Made by a program: the position numbers and the translations under genes. Positions 1-8,578 of a stretch of DNA of 64,000 nucleotides are shown piece after piece. How positions within the stretch are numbered: the stretch's first letter is position 1; the number at the start of each line of letters is the position of its first letter. The notes under the pieces were generated by a model. The model did not search any database, was not told where the DNA came from, and worked only from the letters and a program-made list of their open reading frames with translations. Source of the stretch: an uncultured Arcobacteraceae bacterium (lineage in GTDB: Bacteria; Campylobacterota; Campylobacteria; Campylobacterales; Arcobacteraceae); NCBI GenBank assembly GCA_964022095.1, contig CAXHZO010000002.1, positions 32,001 through 96,000 on the forward strand, in the 5' to 3' direction.

Positions 1-1280
1 CTATGCATATTAAAGATACTTTAGAAGCAGGTGTTTATCATAATGATGAAAAAGCAGTTGAACTATTAAGTACAAAATCACTTGATGCTGTGCAAAACTT
101 AATTGATTCTGGCATGAAATTTGATAAAACATCAAAAGGAAAATTAGCCTTTACAAAAGAAGCAGCTCATAGTAGAAATAGAATTTTACATGCAGATGGT
201 GATGCAACTGGAAGAATGATTCATATGTTCTTATTAGAACAGTGCAAGCATGAAGTTGTGACTCAAGCAGTGGTAAATGATTTATTAATAAAAGATGATG
301 TTTGTTACGGAGTTCAATATTATGTTAGTGAAACAGAACAAAAAGTAGCTTATGCAAATAATGTCTTTATTGCAAGTGGTGGTGTAGGTTCAATTTATAG
401 GTACCATACTAACTCAACTGCAAATGCAGGAGAAATTCAAGGTATTATTGCAGAAAAAAACTTACCACTAAAAGATATGGAAATGATGCAATTTCACCCA
501 ACTGTTGTTAGAGGAACTTCATTTGCTAGAAAGCCACTTTTAAGTGAAGCTTTAAGAGGTGAGGGTGCTCATGTTGTTGATGAAAATGGTTACAGGTTTT
601 TATTTGATTATCATGAAGGTGGAGAATTAGCACCAAGAGATGTGGTAAGTAGATCAATTTTTGATTATAATCAAAAAACAGGTCTTGGTGTATTTTTATC
701 ATTTAAAAACTTTGAAAAGAATGCTTTTAAAAAGAGATTTCCAAATATTTACGCAAACTTAAAAGAACTAGGTTATGAATTGCCTTTTGAAAATGTTCCT
801 ATTTCTCCAGCATTTCACTATTCAATGGGTGGAATTGATGTAGAAATGAATGGAAAAGTAAAAGGAATGAAAAACTTATATGCCATTGGTGAATCTGCAT
901 GTACTGGAGTACATGGTGCAAATAGATTAGCATCAAATTCATTACTTGAAGCACTTGTATTTTCTCAACTAGCTGTAGAGGATAGTGAAAAAAATAATTT
1001 TCAAATAACTAAAGATAATTATAGTAAAAGTATTATAGAGTACACTAGGAATAAGGTTATTGATAAAGAAATAAAAAATAATCTTAGAGAAATAATGTGG
1101 AGTAATGCTGGAATTGTAAGAGAAAAATCAAAATTAGAAGAATCACTAAAACAGATTGAAGGTTATTTAACTCATGATGTTGGAAGATTATTATATTTAA
1201 GATTATTAACTGCAAGATCTATTCTAAAAGGTGCAATTAATAGAAAAGAATCATTAGGTGCTCACTATATTAAAAATTGA
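1..1280 (+). CDS. nadB: L-aspartate oxidase (5' end lies before the window)
   Basis: EAAHS, QFHPT, EALRGEG, LAPRD, HYSMGG and GVHGANRLASNSL motifs; the N-terminal FAD-binding GxG motif is absent, so the gene starts upstream of the window. Confidence 0.93.
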   Translation, partial: MHIKDTLEAGVYHNDEKAVELLSTKSLDAVQNLIDSGMKFDKTSKGKLAFTKEAAHSRNRILHADGDATGRMIHMFLLEQCKHEVVTQAVVNDLLIKDDVCYGVQYYVSETEQKVAYANNVFIASGGVGSIYRYHTNSTANAGEIQGIIAEKNLPLKDMEMMQFHPTVVRGTSFARKPLLSEALRGEGAHVVDENGYRFLFDYHEGGELAPRDVVSRSIFDYNQKTGLGVFLSFKNFEKNAFKKRFPNIYANLKELGYELPFENVPISPAFHYSMGGIDVEMNGKVKGMKNLYAIGESACTGVHGANRLASNSLLEALVFSQLAVEDSEKNNFQITKDNYSKSIIEYTRNKVIDKEIKNNLREIMWSNAGIVREKSKLEESLKQIEGYLTHDVGRLLYLRLLTARSILKGAINRKESLGAHYIKN

Positions 1281-1304
1281 CACTTTCTTGACAAAAAATT
1301 GACA
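1277..1304 (+). promoter_or_regulatory. three TTGACA direct repeats at 11-bp spacing upstream of nhaD; candidate OmpR/PhoB-type operator
   Basis: TTGACA at 1277, 1288 and 1299. Confidence 0.5.
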
Positions 1305-1401
1305 TTTTCTATTATTTTTAAGGCTACTTACGGCAAAATCTATTCTAATTTCTGCTCAAAATAGAAAAAATCTTAAGGGCATATTTTATCAAGGAGAATT
1401 A

Positions 1402-2796
1402 ATGTTAAAAATTTTAATGACATTACTGTTATCGTCAGTGGCGTTATTTGCAGCTAGTGGAGCTTCTGGAACTGCAGAAGTTGCACCAGATATTACTATG
1501 ACATGGGTTGGATTCGCGTGTTTAGTAATTTTCGTAATCGGATATTATTTTGTTGCTGCAGAAGAAAAATATGAAATCGATAAGGCTAAACCTGCGTTAT
1601 TTATCGGTACATTTATGTTTATGTTAGTTGCATTGTATTATGCGTTAAATGGTTTAGATTTAGGGCTTGTACATACAGAAGCACAACACTTAATCTTAGA
1701 GATTGCTGGTATTTTCTTCTTCTTATTTGTTGCTATGACATATATTGAATCATTAATTCACATGGGTGTTTTTGATAGATTAAAATATAACTTAGTATCA
1801 AAGGGATACACATATAGAAAATTATTCTGGGTAACTGGTATTATCGCATTTTTCTTATCTCCAATCGCAGATAACTTAACAACTGCATTAATTTTATCAA
1901 CTGTTTTAATTACTATTGAAAAAACAAGAAAAGACTTCTTAGTTCCTGGTGCTATTAATATCGTTGTTGCAGCAAATGCTGGTGGTGCTTGGTCTCCATT
2001 TGGTGATATTACTACACTTATGGCTTGGACTGCGGGTAAGGGTACATTTACTGACTTCTTATTCTTATTTCCAGCTTCAATTATTGGATACTTAGTAACA
2101 GCTGTTATTTTATCTAAATTTGTACCAGATGTTAAACCTGATTTTGATGCTTCAAAAGAGGAAAAACCTGCTATGGCAGAAGGTGCAAAAGTTGTTATGG
2201 GATTAGGTGTATTTACTATTTTCTGTGCAGTTATGTCACACCAAGTATTACATTTACCAGCTATGTGGGGTATGATGTTTGGTCTTTCTTTACTTAAAAT
2301 TTATTCTTATGGACTTAAAAGAAAATATGGTTCAGATCACTTCAATATTTTCCATTCTATGGCAAAAATTGAAAACAATACATTAATGTTCTTCTTTGGT
2401 ATTTTAGCAGCTGTTGGTGCATTATACTTCATTGGATGGTTAGCATTAGCAGTTATTGTTTATGATCCTTCAGTATTAGGACCAACTTGGTCAAATATTG
2501 GTGTTGGATTCTTATCTGCAATCGTTGATAATGTTCCTGTTATGTCAGCAGTACTTAAAGCATCTCCAGAAATGGGATTAGATCAATGGATGCTTGTTAC
2601 ATTAACAGCTGGTGTTGGTGGTTCTTTAATTTCATTTGGATCTGCAGCTGGTGTTGGTGTTATGGGTAAATTACATGGTATTTATACATTCGGTTCACAC
2701 ATGAAATATGCGTGGGTAATCTTAATTGGTTATATTGTTTCTTGTGCAGTTTGGTATGTTCAATATCAAGTTTTAGGATTCTATCACGTTGGATAA
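1402..2796 (+). CDS. nhaD: Na+/H+ antiporter, NhaD family
   Basis: polytopic membrane protein; ADNLTT, AANAGGAWSPFGDITT, SAIVDNVP and GSAAGV motifs; AAGGAG RBS. Confidence 0.92.
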   Translation: MLKILMTLLLSSVALFAASGASGTAEVAPDITMTWVGFACLVIFVIGYYFVAAEEKYEIDKAKPALFIGTFMFMLVALYYALNGLDLGLVHTEAQHLILEIAGIFFFLFVAMTYIESLIHMGVFDRLKYNLVSKGYTYRKLFWVTGIIAFFLSPIADNLTTALILSTVLITIEKTRKDFLVPGAINIVVAANAGGAWSPFGDITTLMAWTAGKGTFTDFLFLFPASIIGYLVTAVILSKFVPDVKPDFDASKEEKPAMAEGAKVVMGLGVFTIFCAVMSHQVLHLPAMWGMMFGLSLLKIYSYGLKRKYGSDHFNIFHSMAKIENNTLMFFFGILAAVGALYFIGWLALAVIVYDPSVLGPTWSNIGVGFLSAIVDNVPVMSAVLKASPEMGLDQWMLVTLTAGVGGSLISFGSAAGVGVMGKLHGIYTFGSHMKYAWVILIGYIVSCAVWYVQYQVLGFYHVG

Positions 2797-2836
2797 AGTA
2801 AAAGTGCTTTAGGCACTTTTACTTCACTTCTTTTTA
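2796..2836 (+). terminator. intrinsic terminator after nhaD
   Basis: AAGTAAAAGTGC-tttag-GCACTTTTACTT hairpin followed by a T-rich tract. Confidence 0.75.
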
Positions 2837-2939
2837 TTCTTTTCTACTAATTCACTTTTAACTAACTTTTCGATAAAATATTCAATTAAATTTTTGTAAC
2901 AAACAAGCACTTTTTGTGTTTAATCAAGGAAAAACATAT

Positions 2940-4475
2940 ATGAAACATGTACCAATAGTTGTATTAGATTTCGGTAGTCAATATACTCAAATTATTGCAA
3001 GAAAATTAAGAGAATCAGGTGTTTATTCTGAAATAGTTCCTTACAGTGAAAGTATTGAAGATATTATGGCTAGAACTCCAAAGGGTATTATCCTTTCTGG
3101 TGGTCCAGCTTCTGTTTATGCACCAGATGCATACCACCCTGATGCAACAATTTTTGAATTAGGACTTCCTATTTTAGGTATTTGTTATGGAATGCAGTTA
3201 ATTTCACAACATTTTGGTGGAAGTGTAATTCCAGCAGATCATCATGAATATGGTAAAGCTAAATTAAAATTTGAAAAAGAGAGTGAAATATTTAAAGACA
3301 CTACTGATGGACAAACTGTATGGATGTCACATGGAGATAGAGTTGAAAATATTCCAGAAGGTTTTCAAAAAATCGCTACAAGTGAAAACTCTCCATTTGC
3401 TGCAATTGCAGATTTAGATAGACTTGTTTATGCATTCCAATTCCACCCTGAAGTATACCATTCAGATGAGGGATCAAAATTACTTAAAAACTTTGCAAAA
3501 CATATTTGTGGTTGTGAATCAACATGGAATATGGGTTCATTCGCAAAAGAACAAATCAAAAAAGTTCAAGACCAAGTAGGAAATAAAAAAGTACTATGTG
3601 GTGTATCAGGTGGTGTTGATTCATCAGTTGTTGCTACACTATTAGCTGAAGCTATTGGTGATCAACTTATCCCTGTATTTGTTGATAATGGATTATTAAG
3701 AGCAAATGAAAGAGAACAAGTTGAAGCTATGTTCAAAACTAGAGGTGTTGATTTAATCACTGTTGATGCTAGTGAAACTTTCTTAGAAAGACTTGCAGGT
3801 GTAACTGATCCTGAAACAAAAAGAAAAATTATCGGTGAAACATTTATCGAAGTATTCGATGAAGAATCTAAAAAACACGATGGTATTGAGTTCTTAGCCC
3901 AAGGTACACTTTATACAGATGTTATTGAGTCAGTATCAGTTAAAGGACCATCTAAAACTATCAAATCTCACCACAATGTAGGTGGATTACCTGATTGGAT
4001 GACATTTGAGTTAATCGAGCCATTAAGAGAAATCTTCAAAGATGAAGTAAGACTTTTAGGACTTGAATTAGGACTTCCAAAAGATATGATTGGTAGACAT
4101 CCTTTCCCTGGACCAGGACTTGCTATTAGAGTAATGGGTGATGTAAATAAGCCTGATTTAGAAATCTTAAGAAAAGCTGATACTATTATGTTAGACGTAT
4201 TACATGCTACTGGATTATACGACAAAACATGGCAAGCATTTACAGTACTTCTAAATGTAAAATCAGTAGGTGTTATGGGTGATAACAGAACTTACGATAA
4301 CACTGTTTGTGTAAGAATAGTAGAAGCAACAGATGGTATGACTGCAACATTTGCACATATCCCTCATGATGTATTAGAAACAATCTCTAGAAGAATTATC
4401 AACGAAGTTGATGGAATCAATAGAGTAGTTTATGATATTTCTTCAAAACCACCAGCAACTATCGAGTGGGAATAA
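2940..4475 (+). CDS. guaA: GMP synthase (glutamine-hydrolysing)
   Basis: [26 protein letters not shown] and terminal [12 protein letters not shown] 2940 follows AAGGA and is preferred over GTG 2916. Confidence 0.98.
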   Translation: MKHVPIVVLDFGSQYTQIIARKLRESGVYSEIVPYSESIEDIMARTPKGIILSGGPASVYAPDAYHPDATIFELGLPILGICYGMQLISQHFGGSVIPADHHEYGKAKLKFEKESEIFKDTTDGQTVWMSHGDRVENIPEGFQKIATSENSPFAAIADLDRLVYAFQFHPEVYHSDEGSKLLKNFAKHICGCESTWNMGSFAKEQIKKVQDQVGNKKVLCGVSGGVDSSVVATLLAEAIGDQLIPVFVDNGLLRANEREQVEAMFKTRGVDLITVDASETFLERLAGVTDPETKRKIIGETFIEVFDEESKKHDGIEFLAQGTLYTDVIESVSVKGPSKTIKSHHNVGGLPDWMTFELIEPLREIFKDEVRLLGLELGLPKDMIGRHPFPGPGLAIRVMGDVNKPDLEILRKADTIMLDVLHATGLYDKTWQAFTVLLNVKSVGVMGDNRTYDNTVCVRIVEATDGMTATFAHIPHDVLETISRRIINEVDGINRVVYDISSKPPATIEWE

Positions 4476-4579
4476 TTTCTAACAATTTTCACGCATCTTT
4501 CACCAAAGTTTGGCTCGATGTACTTGTAGTACACCTTCGCCAAACTTTGGCAAAATCTACATAAAACTTGTTAGAAATT
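4474..4579. repeat. 106-bp imperfect palindrome (MITE/RPE-like element or structured RNA)
   Basis: AATTTCTAACAA/TTGTTAGAAATT outer arms, CCAAAGTTTGG/CCAAACTTTGG inner arms, TGTAC-ttgta-GTACA apex. Confidence 0.85.
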
Positions 4580-4648
4580 CTCTGACAAACTATATAACCT
4601 ATAAAACAATTTAACTTTTTTGTATAATTAAATAAAAAAGGATTAAAT

Positions 4649-5017
4649 TTGAAAAGAGATTGGGATATTATTAGAACAATATTATTAAAGACTGAGAATA
4701 AGGAAGAATTCTCTCCTATTACACTAAGTGATTTTTCTACTGATAAAAGAGCATTTGTATCTTACAATGTAGAGTTATTACTTGAATCAGGTTTAATAAA
4801 AGGTTATATGTCAAGTATAAATAATGATTCTAGGATAGGTCAAGACTTCTCAATCTATCGACTTACATGGGAAGGACATGAATTTCTTGATTCAATTAAG
4901 AATGATAATGTATGGAAAAAGACAAAAGATACATTTAGTCAGAATTGTATTTCTATGTCTTTTGACTTAATGAAATCTATGGCAAATGAAGTGGCTAAGC
5001 CTCTTCTAGGTTTATAA
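4649..5017 (+). CDS. DUF2513 family protein
   Basis: MKRDWDIIR start and RLTWEGHEFLDSIK..VW motif; AAGGA RBS, TTG start. Confidence 0.8.
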   Translation: MKRDWDIIRTILLKTENKEEFSPITLSDFSTDKRAFVSYNVELLLESGLIKGYMSSINNDSRIGQDFSIYRLTWEGHEFLDSIKNDNVWKKTKDTFSQNCISMSFDLMKSMANEVAKPLLGL

Positions 5018-5035
5018 ATTAAAGGATATATTCTA

Positions 5036-5662
5036 ATGCAAGACTCTATTTATGAAGAAAAAGCTGAATTTTCTTTATCTTCTGGATTTGACCATCACTT
5101 CAAAATGTTCAAACCATATGGTTGTGTGAGTCAATTTAAACCAAAACCAAAGAAAAGTAAGACTTTATTAGGTGATCACTATGATTTCCCTGAAGGTACG
5201 ATGGCGATTGGTAGATTGGATATGGATTCTGAAGGTTTACTTTTACTTACAACAGATGGTATGACAAGTTATAAAGTTAGAGATAAAAGTATAGAAAAAG
5301 AGTACTATGTTCAAGTTGATGGAAAGATTTCTGATGAAGCAATATTAAAGTTATGCAATGGCGTAGAGATTAGTACAAATGGAAAAACATACATGACTCT
5401 TCCTTGCAAGGCTTTTAAGCTAGAGCAAGAACCAACACTACCTTCACGAGGTAGAAATATTCGTAACGCAAAGCATGGAGAAACTTCATGGGCTTCTATT
5501 ACTGTTACTGAAGGTAAGTTTCGACAAGTGCGAAAAATGACAGCAGTTGTAGGTTTTCCTACTTTAAGATTAGTAAGAGTTCGTATAGGAAATATTCATA
5601 TTGATAATTTACAACCAAGTGAAGTAGTTAATTTGAATAATTTAGATGATGTATTTATTTAA
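5036..5662 (+). CDS. RsuA/RluE-family pseudouridine synthase
   Basis: KPYG, GRLDxDSEGLLLLT, EKEYYVQV, EGKFRQVRKMTA and TLRLVR. Confidence 0.9.
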   Translation: MQDSIYEEKAEFSLSSGFDHHFKMFKPYGCVSQFKPKPKKSKTLLGDHYDFPEGTMAIGRLDMDSEGLLLLTTDGMTSYKVRDKSIEKEYYVQVDGKISDEAILKLCNGVEISTNGKTYMTLPCKAFKLEQEPTLPSRGRNIRNAKHGETSWASITVTEGKFRQVRKMTAVVGFPTLRLVRVRIGNIHIDNLQPSEVVNLNNLDDVFI

Positions 5663-5725
5663 AACCTTTTTTCATAAAATTTCACTACAATCACTTTTTA
5701 AAATATATTTATAAATAGGTATAAA

Positions 5726-6475
5726 ATGGTTGAGTTAAATTATAAAAAAGTCGGTACTGGTTCAAAAACTATGATTTTGATGCATGAGTGGATGGGAGAT
5801 CATACAAACTATCATACATGTATTCCTTTTTTAAATACTAGTGCTTTTACTTATATTTTTGTTGATTTTAGAGGCTATGGTTTATCAAAGGATATTCAAG
5901 GTGAGTTTACTTTTGAAGAGATGGTAAGTGATATTAAGAACTTAGTATCAAAACTTGGTCTAGAAGAGTTTTATTTGCTAGGTCATTCTATGTCTTCACT
6001 TATAGCCCAAAAGCTTGCAATGGATTTAAAAAATCAAATAAAAGAACTGTTTTTAATAACTCCTATTTTACCAACAGGTATAAAAATGAAAGAAGCTTCA
6101 AAACAAAAGCTTTTAGATGATGTTAAAAACCAAAATAATGTTATAGAAAATGTAGTAAATCAAGCAAGCAAAAGATACAACAATACTTGGAGAAACTACA
6201 GAATAAATCTAGCTCATAGTTGCTCTACATTGGAAGCAAAAGTTTCATATATGAATATGTATCTATCAAATGATTTTAGTGAAGAGATAAAAGGTTTAGA
6301 TACTAAAATTACAGTTATAACTGGAAAACATGACTTGCCAGCTTTTCATAAAAACTCTTTAGAAAAAAGATTTATGAACTATTATACAAATATCAGTTTT
6401 ATAGAGTGTATGGAATCAGGTCATTATCCTATGATTGAGTGTCCAGTATTTTTCTCAACAGCCATAGATAAGTAG
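5726..6475 (+). CDS. alpha/beta fold hydrolase
   Basis: DFRGYGLS, GHSMS nucleophile elbow, GHYP catalytic His. Confidence 0.85.
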   Translation: MVELNYKKVGTGSKTMILMHEWMGDHTNYHTCIPFLNTSAFTYIFVDFRGYGLSKDIQGEFTFEEMVSDIKNLVSKLGLEEFYLLGHSMSSLIAQKLAMDLKNQIKELFLITPILPTGIKMKEASKQKLLDDVKNQNNVIENVVNQASKRYNNTWRNYRINLAHSCSTLEAKVSYMNMYLSNDFSEEIKGLDTKITVITGKHDLPAFHKNSLEKRFMNYYTNISFIECMESGHYPMIECPVFFSTAIDK

Positions 6476-6476
6476 T

Positions 6477-7178
6477 ATGAAAGAAAAGATATATTTAATC
6501 CCTGGTCTTATGTGTGATGAAAGATTATGGAGTGCAATTATACCTTATTTAGAAGATAAATATGAGCTAATAAACTTACCAATACCTTTAATTGAAAATT
6601 TTGATATGGCTTTAAAAGAGTTAGAAAATATTATAGAAGATGAAAATATAAATCTTTTAGGTTTTTCATTAGGCGCTTATTTAGCTTCTTATTTTACTAT
6701 AAAAAATCCAACAAAAGTAAAAAGGCTTTTTTTATTAGCTGGAACACCAGGAAGTATGAATGAAGATGAAATTATAAAAAGAAAAATGACTTTAAATCAA
6801 ATAGAAAAATTTGGATTTAAAGGCCTATCTCATAAGGTTGTTTTAACACTATTAAAAGAAAAAAACCATGATAATATTGAGTTAATAGAACTAATAAAAG
6901 ATATGTTTAAAAAGCTAGGAAAAGATGTTTATAAAATTCAAATTAAGTCAAGCTTCAATAGAATAGATATATCAAATGAATTGAAAAACTTAAAAATACC
7001 TATTAGATTTTTTTATAGCAAAGAAGACAAACTTTTAAACTATGAGATTTTAAATAAATTTACACAAGAAGATAAACATATATCATTGGTTTCAAAAGAG
7101 GGCTCAAGCCACATGCTACCTTTAGAAGAGTCAAAAGATGTATCAAAAGAGATTATAAAATGGATGGAAATTAGTTAA
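6477..7178 (+). CDS. alpha/beta fold hydrolase
   Basis: IPGLMCD, GFSLG, SHMLPLE; paralogue of 15759..16463. Confidence 0.85.
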   Translation: MKEKIYLIPGLMCDERLWSAIIPYLEDKYELINLPIPLIENFDMALKELENIIEDENINLLGFSLGAYLASYFTIKNPTKVKRLFLLAGTPGSMNEDEIIKRKMTLNQIEKFGFKGLSHKVVLTLLKEKNHDNIELIELIKDMFKKLGKDVYKIQIKSSFNRIDISNELKNLKIPIRFFYSKEDKLLNYEILNKFTQEDKHISLVSKEGSSHMLPLEESKDVSKEIIKWMEIS

Positions 7179-7213
7179 AATCGATTTTTACAAAAATACA
7201 AGGATAATATATT

Positions 7214-7831
7214 TTGGAATTTTTACAAACAATTATAAAATCACTAAATGTAATGAGTACATATGAAGCAATAGCTATGCTTTTAGCAATAGCTTATATT
7301 TTACTAGCTATTAAACAAAGCCTTTGGTGTTGGCCAGCTGCATTTATTTCAACACTTATATATACTATACTTTTTTATGATGTTTCACTTCTTATGGATT
7401 CAGCTTTAAATGCTTACTATCTTATTATGGCAGTTTATGGTTGGTATTCTTGGAAGTATGGAGGAAAGTTAGAAGAAAAGGATTTAGAAGTATCAACTTA
7501 TGGTATAAACAAAAATATTCAAATCATTTTTATTTTAAGCATTGTATCTTTAGCTTTTGGATACATCATGGCAAATTATACAAGTGCTGATTTTGCATAT
7601 GTTGACTCTTTTACTACTGTATTTGCTGTATTTGCAACTTATATGCTTGCTAAAAAAGTTATAGAAAACTGGATATATTGGATTGTTATTGATGTGATTT
7701 CAATTTATATTTATATTCAAAAAGGTTTAAATCTAACAGCAGTTTTATTTATGATTTATACTATATTAGCAATTGTTGCTTACCTAGATTGGAAAAAAGA
7801 TTATGACTTTAGAAAAGCTCAAACAGTATAA
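7214..7831 (+). CDS. pnuC: Pnu-family vitamin transporter (PnuC/PnuT)
   Basis: WCWP, YGWYSW, DSFTT and KVIENWIYWIVID motifs; about 7 TM segments. Confidence 0.85.
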   Translation: MEFLQTIIKSLNVMSTYEAIAMLLAIAYILLAIKQSLWCWPAAFISTLIYTILFYDVSLLMDSALNAYYLIMAVYGWYSWKYGGKLEEKDLEVSTYGINKNIQIIFILSIVSLAFGYIMANYTSADFAYVDSFTTVFAVFATYMLAKKVIENWIYWIVIDVISIYIYIQKGLNLTAVLFMIYTILAIVAYLDWKKDYDFRKAQTV

Positions 7832-8558
7832 TATATTTCAAGATGAAGAAATTTTTAGTTTTAAAAAACTAAAAAATCAAGGATTTTGTAATATTAACTA
7901 TCATTTAAAAACTTCTAAAAAATCTTATGTTTTAAGGGAGTTTATAAGTGATAAAACTGTAAATATTAGTAGAAACTTTGAGTTTAAAGTTCAAAAAAAA
8001 GCTTTTAAAAAAGGTATTGCTGCAAAGCCTATTTACTTAGACAAAGACAAAAGATTTATGATATATGAATTTTTAGATGGAAAGCATAAAGAAGAGTTAA
8101 ATAAAAATGAATTAAAAACTTTGATGAAAACAGTAAAAAAGCTTCATAAAATCAAAATCAAATCAAAGCAAACCAATTTAAAAAAAGAGCTAAAAAATTA
8201 TACATACTTAAAAACTAATCAAGCAAAAAAAAGCTTGTCTATTTGTAAAAAAGAGTTAAAAAACTTAGACAAATATAATAAAAATATAGTTATATGTCAC
8301 CATGACTTAAATCCCAAAAATATTTTATTTACTAAAAACACAATAAAACTTATTGATTGGGAATATGCAGGATTAAATGATAGTTTTTTTGATTTAGCAA
8401 CAATTTGTTATGAATTTGATTTAAGTAAAAAAGAGCAAAAATATCTATTAAAACAGTATTTAAAACAATACACAAAAAAAGATATTTTGAAGCTAAATTC
8501 ATATATTAAAATCTATAAACATATTTGTAAACTATGGTTTTTAAGTTTAGATGTTTAA
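7803..8558 (+). CDS. choline/thiamine kinase-like phosphotransferase (APH fold)
   Basis: GFCNINY, CHHDLNPKN, IDWEYAG and FFDLA; overlaps the transporter gene. Confidence 0.8.
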   Translation: MTLEKLKQYNIFQDEEIFSFKKLKNQGFCNINYHLKTSKKSYVLREFISDKTVNISRNFEFKVQKKAFKKGIAAKPIYLDKDKRFMIYEFLDGKHKEELNKNELKTLMKTVKKLHKIKIKSKQTNLKKELKNYTYLKTNQAKKSLSICKKELKNLDKYNKNIVICHHDLNPKNILFTKNTIKLIDWEYAGLNDSFFDLATICYEFDLSKKEQKYLLKQYLKQYTKKDILKLNSYIKIYKHICKLWFLSLDV

Positions 8559-8578
8559 ATGCAGGATAATTTATAAAA

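Noticed and set aside
7179-7213. TPP riboswitch before the Pnu transporter
   Set aside because: Only 35 bp intergenic and no CTGAGA-type core.
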